DNA of 63,445 bases, filler included, from Octopus bimaculoides (taxonomy: Eukaryota): NCBI RefSeq assembly GCF_001194135.2. It is 6 parts of 6 records of this genome, joined end to end, with 100 filler letters (N's around TTAATTAATTAA, not from the genome) between each part and the next. Parts side by side here need not be neighbours in the genome. Positions count along the whole stretch, not along the records: positions 1 to 25,198 come from NC_068982.1; 5 more parts are not named here. One strand, given 5' to 3'. Of the stretch, positions 1 to 13,344 are shown in pieces. The notes below the pieces were generated by a model. It saw only the letters and a program-made list of their open reading frames with translations, made no database searches and was not told the origin of the DNA. Within the stretch, counting starts at the first letter, position 1. Each line of letters opens with the position of its first letter. A program made the translations under genes and the position numbers.

Positions 1-386
1 AATATATATATATATGCATATATGTATATATATGTATATATATATACATATATATGTATATACATAAATATATATATATATGCATATATGTATATATATG
101 TATATATATATACATATATATGTATATACATAAATATATGTATATATGCATATATGTATATACATATACATATATACATATATATATATATACATATATA
201 TACATATATATATGTATATATCCATACACACACATATGTATATATATATACATACACACACACACACACATATATATATACATACATATATATATACACA
301 CACATATATATATACATACATATATATATATATATACATACACACACATACATACATACACATATGTGTGTGTGTGTGTGTGTGTA
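1..386. repeat. Compound (TA)/(CA)/(TG) microsatellite
   Basis: Directly visible low-complexity dinucleotide tract; the overlapping YI/HT/CV ORFs are artefacts. Confidence 0.95.
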
Positions 387-1698
387 GTGAAGGTGCGTGT
401 CTTCGGAACCATATCGAGATGGCTCTGTCATGACGTTAAAAAGTGGTAGGTAAGCGGTATGTTGTTTGTAGGCCATGGAGGCGATAAGTCTGTCATATCC
501 TCATTTGGCGTATAATGTACGAAAACTGAGCAATAACTCACTGTTGAATTTCACATGTTGCGGTGGCTGAACTGTTGTTTCATAAACGTTGCCTTGAGAT
601 GATCTCGTTGACGAAAAAAAAAAAAAAACCCCGACAAAGGGACAATCCGGTCAGATATTTAACCAATTCTAATCTCAGCTTTCCAGGGTGCTAATAAGAT
701 GACTGAAAAATGTAAGATAAAGAATTGCTGTGCAGTTGAAAAAATCGATATCCTCAAAAAATCCGGCCATAAAAATTCCGGAAACCGACCTTGTCCGCAG
801 GGGCTTTCATCTTCACATTAGTTAATTTACGTAACCGGCCCCGCTCGAAGGATGGCGAAGGTATAGAATAGGCAGAGGAAAAAAAACCGCAATGAAAAAT
901 ATGAACGGATACTGGACGCCATGTTGTGGATGATAAGGAGGAATACAAAAACTGGTAATTACTGAACTTGAAATTTCCAAGCGAAGGGACACCCTGAAGT
1001 CCACAAGAATAGCGTGAGGAGGTAATATTTGAACGTTGGAAATTCTCGCGCTCCAAATAATTGAAAGTATAAAATCTGCTATAAAAGTTTTGCATTTGAA
1101 TTTCTCAATGGAAAAAAAAAAAAATATTGTGCGTAATGTGTAACCATAATTGAGGCAATTGAGAGTTCATAGTCATTTAGGATTTCTAGGTGATCCGCTG
1201 CTGAAAAATGTACTTGACCTTCACTGTTTATACATTATGTAAACGCCCAGCGTATCTCATGAACATCCTGTCTGTTTCTACAGATATCTACTCACGTAAA
1301 TCTATCTCAATTTCGTGTTCTTTGTCGCCCTACCGTCAGAGGTATTGCATTATATTTTGTGCCTTCGTCTGTACATATGAGTGGGCGTGTGTGTCTCTAT
1401 GTGTATATGAATGTGTATGTTTGGGTTTACTAGCAATTTACTTTTAACAATTTGAAACGCGAAACACTGAGTTACTATTCAAGAAGCTTAACTCACCCTC
1501 CTTAATCTCCTGCCTAATGTTCCATCTATTTGTTACCCAAGAGGCAGCCTCATTTTCGCATTTTTAGCCAATTGCCACAGACAGTAAGGGCAAACACCAC
1601 TGGTAGTTAAACACCAAAGTGAGAGACTGTGATTCCACAGCAGTACCGATACGCAACCCACCTATAAATTTAGTCTTATTACACTTTTTACACAAATC

Positions 1699-1919
1699 CA
1701 CGAGCGGGTGCTGAAAAGTTCCTGGCTTTGGGCAAAAGAAAATACAAGAGGATCAACTAATTATGATTTTATTCAACATATTCCCCTCTCAGATTCACAC
1801 ACTAATTGCAGCAGTCCTTTAGTTTTCCTAAGCTCTGTAAAAGAACTCGGAAGATTTGACCTCCAGACAGGCCTTTTGCGATCCTCTTAAAACCAGTAAC
1901 TTTTCAGTACCCACTTGTA
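1699..1919. mobile_element. Tc1/mariner-type MITE (~220 bp)
   Basis: Imperfect ~30-bp TIRs: left CACGAGCGGGTGCTGAAAAGTTCCTGGCTTT; right end reverse-complements to TACAAGTGGGTACTGAAAAGTTACTGGTTTT. No coding capacity. Confidence 0.7.
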
Positions 1920-2992
1920 CAAATTTAAGTCAGCCGCAACCTGTTTACTTAATGTAGAAGCTCGTTTATCTTCACACCGTGAACACCTTTCCATAATGCT
2001 GTGAACGGCTGCATGCAGGCTTGTATTTACATACTTCCTGCTAGTCAGGCTTGTATGTTCCACTGCACTCCATAACTGCGAGACATTGTCTATTTGTACT
2101 GTGCTTTCTCAAAAGTTTCTGTTTATGAAATTGATTACAGTGAATGAAGCTGATACAGAACTGTACTCACATTTCCGACAGAACAACTTTCCTCCTGGTA
2201 GCTCAGCATTGGTTGGGACGATCAGAAGCTGAACACTTCACAGGCTTGATTCTCTGAGACAGGGTCCATCACTCGCAGCTGGCCTTGCAGCGAGCTCGTT
2301 CACCATTACGGTTACTCACTCAAATGCCTTACGATGGTTTCATCCATTCCTTTGACAGGTATGGTTTCCTGTCCTATTGATGTTTTAGTAACCTTCCATA
2401 CCAGACAGATCTAGTGGGGAAAACAATTTAATCGCCTACGACCCAATTATGCATTTGATTGTACTAACTACATGCTACCAGTAGCACCAACGAAAAAAAA
2501 ACTGACGTACATGTTTATATACAGACTCACAGCATGCAAATACTCATATATATCTGAGAAGGTTTCATAAAAAAAGTCATTATCTACAAAATAAAAGACG
2601 AAGGGCAATAAAGACAATATTGTATAAAAGATAAATCGTTATTTCCTATTCTAAATAGTTTCGTGCTGAAATGTTAGACGATACTCAGCATGGAATTTCT
2701 ATTATGATAAGATTACAGTTCCTTTTCCAAGAAATCAAAAAATTAATAAAAAACAGTAAGCAATTCATTATATTTTCCTATCTTACGCTTACACATTCAT
2801 ATATACACACACGTAGTTGCATACACACACATACAAATTACATGCATATATATATATATATATATACATATGTATGTATATATATATATATTTATATATA
2901 CAGGCATATATACGTACATATACAAATTACACGCATATATATATATGCTATATATATATATATTGTATATATTCATACACATACATACATTC

Positions 2993-3252
2993 TTCTATTC
3001 TTTTATTTTGTTTCAGTCATTTGACTGCGGCCGTGATGGAGCACCGCTTTGAAGTGTTTTAGTCGAATAAATCGACCCCAGGACTTATTTTTTAAGCCTA
3101 GTACTTATTCTATCAGTTTTTTTTTGCCGAATCGCTACCAAATCCACTCGCAGGGCTTTGGTCGGCCCGAGGATTTAGTAGGAGACACTTGCTTAAGGTG
3201 CCACGCAGGGGGACTGAACCCGGAACCATGTGGTTTGGAAGCAAAGCATTCG
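2993..3252 (-). mobile_element. tRNA-derived CORE-type SINE (family B, OR2-like), internally deleted
   Basis: Matches the fuller copy at 36261-36657: 3' tail GACTGAAACAA..., head GGTTCAGTCCC...GCACCTTAAGCAAGTGTC. Confidence 0.8.
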
Positions 3253-3325
3253 TACAATGCGTGTATATGTATCTGTCTGTCTGTGTGTCTGTTTCTCTCT
3301 CCCCTCTCTCTCTCTTTCTCTTTTT

Positions 3326-3400
<75 letters not shown>

Positions 3401-3730
3401 NNNNNNNNNNTCATTTCTCAAAACGAAAAAAAAAAAAAAAAAATTAATAATAAAGGTTTTTCAAACCTTTTAGAGTTATATAATTTTAGCCAAACGGAAA
3501 TTTCTATTGCCCACGTAATGGCAATCACAATTATCTCTTTCCCATGGAAAAAGATAATTGTGACTGCTGGGAACCATTACTATCATTTGTAATTCTTCTA
3601 GCGATGGTAATTGGAACGGTATGGGAACAGCATTACCATTATTACTCTTCCTCTGAGGACTGTAATTCTGTTTCTGTATTCTTCAATGAAGGATCTGACC
3701 ACAGTTCTTTTTTGTGTGTAAGAGTTAAGA

Positions 3731-4225
3731 GTCAACAGTACTGCAGCTGTTGGTTTCAACGATTATTAACTCGAGGTGTGTGCGGCGGATTTACTCCGCG
3801 AGCCATTAGAGATTGGTGGTTCTAGCAGAATTATCGAAATTGATAAAAAAGTATTTTCTAATGCGAGATTGTCACAAAAGTTGAATGTTTCCTGAACAGT
3901 GGGTTTTACGCGGTATGTATCACGTATATGAGAGGTATTTCTTTACGTTGTGCCTTTTCAGAATTGGGACACAATAGGAGAGTGCATTAAGTAAGCGATT
4001 CTGCGAGCAGCACCGATATACAACACATTCTAGAAATACTCGCACATTCCAGAAATTGAACCACAGCGTTGAGTTTGTTGACTCGCAAGATGGTACCTAC
4101 GCTCAACTTGCCTCAAGCGAGGAGACAGGCGCTGAGGCACCCATCATAGACTTGTATCTCTGCGAATTCATATGGCATCACAGGTACGAAAAATGTGACC
4201 TGTTCGAAAAACTGCTTGAGCATAG
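3731..4225 (+). pseudogene. Merlin/ISXO2-like (IS1595-related) DDE transposase relic
   Basis: Across frameshifts: VNSTAAVGFNDY*LEVCAADLLREPLEIGGSSRIIEID, then PEQWVLRG, then NHSVEFVDSQDG...DLYLCEFIWHHRYEKCDLFEKLLEH. This follows the Merlin motif order IGG-x-G-x-IVEIDE / QWVFGG / VNHS-x-x-FVD / YLxEFxWR. Confidence 0.75.
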
Positions 4226-4582
4226 TACAAGTTCATTGATGCTGACTACTTTTCTTCCTATTAAATCTAAAAAGCTGTTTGAGTTAGAATAACACTTTAA
4301 TTGAATTTCATTAAATAAATTTCATTTAATAACAGCAATAATATTAAAGCTGTTCTCACGGATACAGGCAAATGCAAATTCCGGTATGTCAACTATAGAA
4401 GTTTCCGATTAACGAAAGTTACATAATTTAAAAATCTTGTAACTTTTTAAGTATCAAATTCTAGAGAAAATGAATGCGATTTTTGACATCAGCATGCAAA
4501 ACTGCATAACGGTAGCAATAACAAAAAATTCTGATGATGTGTGTGTGCGTGTAAGTGTGTGTATATACATACATACATACAT

Positions 4583-4613
<31 letters not shown>

Positions 4614-5026
4614 TACACACATACATATATATATGGTAAAATACGTACACACGACCCAAAACTCCTCAATCACTGTCTAATGAGTGGTATGACAGTGAGT
4701 GAAAGGTAAAAACTCGTAGAATACGAGATGAGTGGTTAGTGGTGACGTGGGATGGAGCAGAAGCAGAAGAGGCTGAGATAGAAGAAGCGGAAGAAATGGG
4801 GAAAGTAAAGGTAGAGTTGCTGTAGAGTGAGAAGTGAGTGGAGTGGAGTGAGGCTGAAGAGGGAAAGAGAAAACGAAGGGGGCGTGGAGATATGAAATAT
4901 ATAGGGTGGGGTGTAAAGAACCACAGCAGTACAACACAGCAGCGTTGGAAACAATATATTTCATTGTCTCATGGAACATGTCTGTACCTTACTTATCTAT
5001 CATTTTACCATACTTATCTATATGCA

Positions 5027-5083
<57 letters not shown>

Positions 5084-5127
5084 GCGCACACACATATCTA
5101 TTATATAAACTCATGTGGTTAATAAAG

Positions 5128-5167
<40 letters not shown>

Positions 5168-5177
5168 TATATACTAA

Positions 5178-5400
5178 GGCGGTGAGTGAGCTGGCAGAAT
5201 CGTTAGCACACCGGGCAAAATGCTTAGCGGCATTTCTTCTGTCCTTACGTTCTGAGTTCAAATTCCGCTGAAGTCGACTTTGCCTTTCAACTTTTCGCGG
5301 TTGATAAAATAAGTACCAGTTGAGAACTGGAGTCGATGTAATTGACAAGCCCCGCTCCCAACCAAAAAATTTCAGGCCTTGTGCCTATAGTAGAAAGGAT
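5178..5400 (+). mobile_element. tRNA-derived SINE family A (GAGCTGGCAGAA head; central GACTTTGCCTTTCATCC...GATAAAATAAGTACCAG domain; ATT tail)
   Basis: Full-length match to many other copies in the window. Confidence 0.85.
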
Positions 5401-5989
5401 TATTATTGTTACTTCTTCAACTTCATTTTTTTTTCTTATTTTGATAAATGTACTTCGTTGTATTTCTCCTTTCACTCCACATTGAAAGAAAATACATCTG
5501 GAACATAGTGGAGTGGGTATCGCCTGCCTAACACAGTGCTTCTTAAAAGGCGATTCGCAAAGGTTATCTGGGGGTAGCTATGGATTCTTAATCATGTAGT
5601 TAAAAGTTTTACATAATTCATATTGATGTTTGGAAAGAAGAAAAAAAAACCCAAAAAACAAACAAACAAACAAAAAAAACTTGTTATTCATAATTATGTT
5701 ATACGTAACTATGAGTAAAAAGCAACGTAAGCAAATGTTTCCTTTTTTTTGTTTTCTAAGTTATTAAATTAGAAATTTTTTCTTTTACTTTCCGTACGTA
5801 GTGTACCGGAAGTATTTTGTTTGATCTCTAGTGAACCTCGAAGTCAAAAAGTACATCTATATAAGCTGAATTAATTTTTGTCTTCGTGTATGGTCAACTG
5901 CTTCCAAACCCCACCAGTCAATCGTAAATTTTCACTGACAGGAAGAATGCTTGGCGGTATGCGACCAGCTCTTCTTGTTCCAAGTTCAA

Positions 5990-6945
5990 TTCTTGCCGCG
6001 ATCAACTTTCGCTTTCAACTTTTCGGGATCGATAAAATAAACAGCCATTCGATTACTGAGGCTGATGTAATCGACTTGCCCCATTTTCCTCTTGTCTCAA
6101 AATTTGAAACAATTAATAATAATAATAATAATAATAATAATTCTTGCTAATTTTGGCTCAAGGCCAGCAATTTTGAAGGTAGGGGATAGTCGATTACTTC
6201 GATTCCAGTACTTGTATAGTAATGTATTTTATAGATTTCGAAAAAATGAAAGGCAGAGTTAACCTCGGCGGAATTTGAACTGAAAGCGTAAAATGCTGGA
6301 GGAAATCTCGCTAAGCATTTTTATCCGGCTCGCTAACGACTCTGCCAGTTTGAGATGCCTATGTCATCACTTACTTTCTGCTTTTTCAGTTCCTAATGTT
6401 ACTATGCCTTGTCATTATTATTAGTATCTATTTCGGAGTTCAAATTCCGCCGAGGTTGAATTTGCCTTTCATTCTTTCGGGGTCGATAAATTAAATACCA
6501 ATGAATCACTGGGTCGATGTAATCGACTAATCCCCTCCCCACAAATTTCAGGCCTTGTGCCTTTAGCAGAAAGGATTGTTATTAGTATTTATATTGATGG
6601 CAGCGAGCTGGTAGAATCATTAGCACGCCGGGCAAAATGCTTAGCGGTATTTCGTCTGTCGCTACGCTCTGACTTCAAATTCCGCCGAGGTCCAGCTTTG
6701 CTTTAGTAGAAAGACACAAGGCCAGAAATTATTATAGTATTTATATAGATGGCGGCGAGCTGGCATAATCGTTAACACGCCGAGCAAAATGCTTAGCTGC
6801 TTTGTTAAATCTACCCAGATCCACTTTGTCTATCATCATTCGGGGCCGATAAAATAAATACCAGTTGAATACTGGGGTAGATGTAATCGACTTAGGCTCC
6901 TTCTCCGAAATTGATGGTGTTGAGTCAAAATTTGAAACCATTAAT
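5990..6945. mobile_element. Cluster of ~5 family A SINE copies/fragments in both orientations
   Basis: Repeated GAGTTCAAATTCCGCCGAGG / GCAAAATGCTTAGC / GATGTAATCGAC blocks; reverse copy at ~6150-6350. Confidence 0.8.
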
Positions 6946-7474
6946 AGTATTTACATATGTATTTTATTTGTATTAATACTTATATCTAGTATTTTTTGAG
7001 CAGTGTTACCTATATGTTTGTTCTAGAACTACGTCCACTTCATTCGTTGTCATGGCAACTATGACAAGGCGCCATTACTCTACCAATCAGCTGTAAGTGC
7101 TCTACTTTGTCTCTGTGTATTTGCAAACTTCAAACAAAACGCCAGCCTGTCGTAAGCTTTCAAGAGGCTCTTAAGTTAGCCAAACAAACCCACCAATTTG
7201 CCTGTAATACAGGCAACCCAATGAAGGGAAAAGAAAGTCTGAAAATTTCTGCAGATGTCATGGACAGCACAAGCTACAGTAAGGGAACCCGTTCACGTGA
7301 GAAGCTACTCTGAATTAAGCTGATATAATGTAGAGAGGACATTTTAGTCTTGACAACCAGTCTTTCTCTCTCTCTTTCTCTCTTTTTCTCTTTCTCTCTT
7401 TCTCTTTCTCTCTCTCTTTCTCTTTCTCTCTCTCTCTTTCTCTTTCTCTCTCTCTCTCTCTTTCNNNNNNNNNN

Positions 7475-7549
<75 letters not shown>

Positions 7550-8289
7550 GATTGCGGTTGTTGGCATGATAAAATGCACCCAGTAAATGCTGTAAAGAAG
7601 TTGATAAAAGAACGGTCAAATCATGCTAGTCACAAGTAACTGAAAAACCCTAAATGTATGTACAGGACAAACACCATGCTAGTGAAGTGGTTAGGTGCGA
7701 ATACCTGACTACTTGTCATCAAACGTTGTACAAACTTCTTTTCAAATGCAGAAAATAGATTGAAAACAAACCATCAGCCATTGAAAACCCTACTTCTTTT
7801 CGTTTTAGCTATAGAACCTCAAGAATGCAACTATCAACACAAGTGAATGAACGACAGAGCATGAACGAATTGAAAGGAAAAAAAACAAAAAAACTGGGTA
7901 TATATAAGGTAGGTCTGGAAAGATTGTAGAGATGTTGGAGCGTAGGTTGTTCAGAAACTCTCGAGGTTGTGTGGTGCAGATGATCAAGTTATTTTCAATT
8001 AACTTCAAGAAACCTAACCACCTGGTCACTACCAATCAGCCAAGTGCACTAGCCAGATTTCATATACATCAAGAAATAGGATTGGCAAACTGTCGAAGAG
8101 TCAAAACTTTTCCCTAGTGCTAACCAACATAGGTTAGTGATTAATACTTCCTATTGATCCTGGAAGGATGAGAGGCAAAGTCCACCTCGACAGGATTTGA
8201 ACCTAGAGCGCAGAGAATTGGAACAAATACCGTGGGGCATTCTGTCCCTCTCTCTAAAGACTCTACTAATTCGCTGCCTTCACGTCGGA

Positions 8290-9150
8290 GAATGAGTGGA
8301 ATAATTCCAAACTTAGAAGAAGCAAATGCTAGAAACGGGAGGACTAGAGAAGATATAAATTTTAGTCAACAGGAAAGAAGACAGAATCCTCCTGCTACCA
8401 GGAAAGCATCCATGTTCTGCATTCAGAAATGGAATTGGTAGAAATTCTGTTCGACATACACAATGCGAACTATATGTGCACAAGAGATGTAGTTGTATCA
8501 GAGGCAGGTGACAGGGAAAGTATAATTCGTACATGGCAGACGTACATGAGTAGGTAACAGTAGACGTATCATTGAAAAGCTTCTCTCTTGAAGTAGACGA
8601 TAGCTTTTAATGTAAAGGGTGACTTAGCGGTGGAGAAGGATACTCTGAAAACATAGTAGCCACAGTAAGGACAGGATGGAAAAATTTAGGGTGCTATTAC
8701 TTCTGTTTGAAATAGAGGGATTCTTTCTTTGAGGGAAGAGTAGATTGTATGATGTTTGTGTATGTGAAATGTTGCATGGTAGTGAAACATAAGCATTGAA
8801 TACATTGATTGTGAAAGCTTGAAAGAGCATACTGTCATATGTGTAATGTCAATGTGAATGAACGACAGAGCATGAACGAATTGAAAGGAAAAAAAAAACA
8901 ACAAAAAAACTGGGTATATATAAGTGGAGTCAGATGAAGTGTGCAAGAGAGAAGACTGAGATGGTGTGTGACGTGCATGGAAAATGATAGTTGGCTAAAA
9001 AAAAAATAATAATAATAATAAGTGGCAAGTGATCCAAGTGGAAAGAATAAACAGAAGCCGAATACGAAGGAAGAGATGGAGGTTGATATCAGGATGCTGA
9101 CTTTCGTAAAAGAGATGTCAAGCGACCACAACGAATAAGATCTGTCCAAC
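8290..9150 (+). mobile_element. Degenerate RTE-type LINE, 3' part of ORF
   Basis: Frameshifted remnants of a Cys-rich segment (HPC...GRNS...C...VHKRCS) and RTGWKKFR...L...LYD.C...MLHGSET-like post-RT motifs. Confidence 0.6.
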
Positions 9151-9389
9151 TAATAATGCAAAATTAGAAAAACAGGTGCTGTCGGTGCTGCTGTTTATTG
9201 ATGATGACGATTATGATGATGATGATGATGATGGTCATCATCATCATGTTAGTAGGTACTTATTCGAAAAATAAGGTGAAGCACAAACTAAATTAAAAGC
9301 TCTACACTTTAGAAGTAAATTAAATATATGAATACACAAGCACACACACGCACAAACACATATGCATATGTGTGTGTTTATACGTGTAT

Positions 9390-9420
<31 letters not shown>

Positions 9421-9899
9421 TATATATATACATATTTATATATATATATATATATATATATAAAGGTTGACAAATTTGTTTCTTTATTATATTAAATTCC
9501 CCATCTCATATAATTTTCATTACTTCGACTAAATTTTAATAATCTCTACCTTATTGATTACTTTTATGGCCATCCCTCTTATTTTGCTTTTCTCACACCA
9601 TACCAATGTACATTAATTGAATTTAATAATATTCTTTCGAAACCTAAAGTTTGCTTTCCAATTTCTAATTCAGCGAATACAAAGTTTGGTCTTTTATCCT
9701 AATTTGTTTTCCTTTCACATTAGCTACGGTAGGTTAAACAAATATAATAATATTCTTATGCTACCTAAAGGGCCATTTACCGTTTCGTGTAAATCACTCT
9801 ATTTTATCACCTACAACTATATTTAAACCATTTATCACCACACATTTAAAAATTTACTTTTGTTTCGAACATTACCCCGCAAACTATCGGAATTATTCA

Positions 9900-10190
9900 T
9901 TCACTCGAATTTTATGAGTATTTACGGTTCATATGTTTGCATAAGTTACTTCCCTTATCAATCCAAAGTCGTTCAAGTACATTAACATAATACAGATAAT
10001 GGAGTAAGATCTTTCTAGCCATCGCACAGCAATGCATGCAATGCTCATGTTTCCCTACCATGCAGCATTGCACGTTGTATACAAAGATCACACAATCTAC
10101 TCGGAGATTGTATGATTCTTGTATACAGAGAGAGGATTCCCTTGATTCCATCTGAGATAGGCCCCTAAACTTTTTCCATCTCATTCTACT
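9900..10190 (-). mobile_element. RTE-type LINE fragment
   Basis: Minus ORF begins RWKKFRGL, with DCV...CMVGKHE remnants of the same region seen at 8650-8800. Confidence 0.55.
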
Positions 10191-10453
10191 CTGGTTGATA
10201 TATTTTCAGAACATTATTTTTCATCCTTTTAAATCTTAAGAACATAGTCAATTCATTTGCCTTTAAACTTTATCTAATATAAGATTTAACGGTTTAAATT
10301 TCATATTTTACCCCAACTCTTCTCTGAACATAATCCTTTCATTGTTTCACTTTAATATTTCTATGAACGTAAAAGTCGACAATGAAAATGAGTGCTGAAC
10401 ACCACATTGATAGAAAATGATTCTTTATTTGAGTATTAAGGCTATGATTGGTT

Positions 10454-10627
10454 TCATGTTAAGAAAATATCTTAATATCTTAACAATTTTTCAAGCCGAT
10501 CACATGGAGGAATGATATTCGTCACCATTTTAGATTAAACGTGTTTTAATCCCAAATGGAGAAGAACACCATTCCTCCATGTGATCGGCTTGAAAAACTA
10601 AGATATTAAGAAATTTTCTTAACATGA
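10454..10627. repeat. Near-perfect ~175-bp foldback (MITE-like)
   Basis: Left arm TCATGTTAAGAAAATATCTTAATATCTT...TTTTTCAAGCCGATCACATGGAGGAATG is mirrored by CATTCCTCCATGTGATCGGCTTGAAAAA...AAGATATTAAGAAATTTTCTTAACATGA; the centre is also partly self-complementary. Confidence 0.85.
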
Positions 10628-11239
10628 CACCTTTATAGTGAAATAAAAATNNNNNNNNNNNNNNNNNNNNNNNNNNNNNNNNNNNNNNNNNNNNNNNNNN
10701 NNNNNNNNNNNNNNNNNNNNNNNNNNNNNNNNNNNNNNNNNNNNNNNNNNATATATATATATATATACTTCCTCCCCTTTTTTCTCCCTCCACCACTCTT
10801 TCTCCTTACCCCTCGCTGGTCACGTGTCCGGCTACTTCTCTTCTTTCATATCTTGGTCATCGCCAAGCTCGTACAAACTTACTTCTCTCTTCCTTCCAGT
10901 TCGTCGCCTCACAGCGTTCAGTATACACGTATCTTTTTCACGTCTGGCCGTATAGCCTTTCTTCTTTATTTTCACTGTTTCGTTTTTCCTGTCTTGTTTT
11001 CTGTCCGCCACTACATTCCTCCCGATTACAATTTTAATTTGTCTCCGTGGGAAGAGCCATTCTCACAATGCGTCCTGCCCTAACTCTTCGAAACGCTTAG
11101 TTTTAGAATGGTGGCAGCTGATGAAGGAAATGTTCTCTATGTGGCCTGTGTGTTTTCTGTACTCTGTTTATCATTTTGTCCACGTTTTTTTTGCAACGTC
11201 CTGTACCCAGATATGCATCTATATATACATGTAGATGTA

Positions 11240-11650
11240 GGTATGTGATATCGATAGGCTCTACTTAAGAAGGGACGAAGGAGGCAAAGACCTGAGATAA
11301 GTGCAGAAAGCCTTTTTAAACAAGGCTTGTAAAAATAAATACGTAAACTTAGTACTGGAAAGCGAACAAGATCATTAGTGTCGGCAGTTAGCTCCTCAGA
11401 AAGCATTCGCTTCCATACAGCCTGCAAAAGAACCGAACTAACATACCTCAAAGAAGACATGGATGTGAAAAGGTTAGCAAACGAAAAAAAAAATCTTTGC
11501 GTGGGTATGTTTTTCGAGGACTTGAAGAAGACCGCAATATCGACGTGAAGCACAACCTGTCTTGATGAAGACTGCTACATCACATCTCGAAGGCTATGCA
11601 TTTGCAATCCAAAATCAACACGTTGCTACGAAATACCTGATAACAAAAGA
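11240..11650 (+). mobile_element. R4/Dong-clade non-LTR retrotransposon fragment (post-RT region)
   Basis: DIDRLYLRRDEGGKDL and EGYAFAIQNQHVATKYL resemble the conserved DRLY-x-x-R-x-x-GGRGL and AIQ-x-Q-x-I-x-T-x-x-Y motifs. Confidence 0.6.
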
Positions 11651-11782
11651 GATATGCTTACATGCATGGGTACATACATATATACATACGTAACCTCATG
11701 GTTAAAGTGTTGCGTGCGTGATTATATGACAGCAGGTTCGATTTCCGAACAGAGTTGCGTGTTGTACTATAAGCACAAGGCT

Positions 11783-11968
11783 TGAAATTTGGGGGAGAGG
11801 ACAGTCGATTATATCGGCCTCAGTGCTCAACTGGTATTTATTTTATCGAAACTGAAAGAATGAAAAGCAAAGTCGACTCCAACGGCATTTGAACTCAGAA
11901 AGTAAAGAAGGACGAAATGCCGCTAAGCATTTCACCTGGCATACTAACGATTCTGCCAGCTCACCGCT

Positions 11969-11969
<1 letters not shown>
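11783..11969 (-). mobile_element. Family A SINE
   Basis: Reverse-complement match, followed by an (AAT)n tract. Confidence 0.8.
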
Positions 11970-12020
<51 letters not shown>

Positions 12021-12022
<2 letters not shown>

Positions 12023-12440
12023 TCCTACGTAAAATACTGTCTATGTGATCTCAAATTTTAAAACAAACACATAATTTTCTTATGGTTTCTTAAACATTCT
12101 CTAGAACAACGCTATGTACAAATCCAAATATATGGTACCCTAGGCATAACACCTACATGAACTTCTAACTTGTTGTCTCTTGAGGTCTCTGGGTGAGATT
12201 TGNNNNNNNNNNAATATCCTACGTAAAATACTGTCTATGTGATCTCAAATTTTAAAACAAACACATAATTTTCTTATGGTTTCTTAAACATTCTCTAGAA
12301 CAACGCTATGTACAAATCCAAATATATGGTACCCTAGGCATAACACCTACATGAACTTCTAACTTGTTGTCTCTTGAGGTCTCTGGGTGAGATTTGGATC
12401 CAACTTGTACAAATGCAAAGCAAAAGTCAAACATAAAATG
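12021..12440 (+). mobile_element. 3' end of an R4/Dong-like element (partly duplicated across a 10-N gap)
   Basis: Starts ILRKILSM* (R4-type C-terminus), followed by a 3' UTR; bounded by (AAT)n on both sides. Confidence 0.55.
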
Positions 12441-12469
<29 letters not shown>

Positions 12470-12471
<2 letters not shown>

Positions 12472-12915
12472 CTAAGTTGTATTACTGGGTAATATGCCGA
12501 CACTACAACATAAAACTAACAAAAACGGTATAGAGATGTGCCAAACAAGGTACATTACAACGACCAGGTCGCAATTATCTGGGATATGCCTGTTCAAACT
12601 GAAAAAGAAATCAAAACTAATAATAATAATCAAGGATTGGAAAACCTCACTGCTTACTGATAGTCAATGCAGCCCTTCCTGACCAAAATATTACTCTCAA
12701 AGAAATGAAGAAATTATCAAAATAAAAAGATCTCGAAATTGGAGTATTTAAGATGATGAAAACAATACCACTAATAACTGGAGCATTGGGTATGATAAAA
12801 AAACGTATGAATGGAAACACAAAAGCTACACCTGGACTCTCAACACTATACACTATCCCAAAAATAACGTTACTAGGAACAGCCCTCATCTTACGCAACT
12901 TACTATCAACTGAAA
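12470..12915 (+). mobile_element. R4/Dong-like restriction-like endonuclease (RLE) domain fragment
   Basis: IWDMPVQTEKEIK...KDLEIG...TIPLITGALGMIKK...KITLLGTALILRNLLS. Confidence 0.75.
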
Positions 12916-13136
12916 TAAAGCAATTCAGAAGCATAAGGTACCCTATACAGTAAATATCCAATAAGATAAACGACCCACACAACATGTACTCTACAGGTTG
13001 GACATCCAACAGAAGGGCACAACTCGCATTACACACAACACATAAATATTAATACAACAAAAGACTGCAATGAAACCCCATAACAAAACAAACTGATATA
13101 ATACAATACCGGGAAGCGTTTGCACTCTTTCAACAA

Positions 13137-13174
<38 letters not shown>

Positions 13175-13275
13175 AAGAAACAAGGACACACAATGCTGCA
13201 TGCGTCTCGGCAACACGGTGTAGCAGGGGACGCAGCACAAATCTGCATGAAACTATCAAAAGTCGAGTAATAATG

Positions 13276-13324
<49 letters not shown>

Positions 13325-13344
13325 TAATAATAATAATAATAATA

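Noticed and set aside
3544-3825. 93-aa ORF with a hydrophobic stretch
   Set aside because: Its 3' half is the out-of-frame reading of the Merlin relic; no independent support.
9462-9520. GAAACAAATTTGTC (palindrome + GUC) on the minus strand, hammerhead 3' half
   Set aside because: No CUGANGA core or stem I partner upstream; insufficient on its own.
12019-12393. Exact ~180-bp tandem duplication
   Set aside because: Copies are identical and separated by a 10-N gap; typical unmerged contig overlap.
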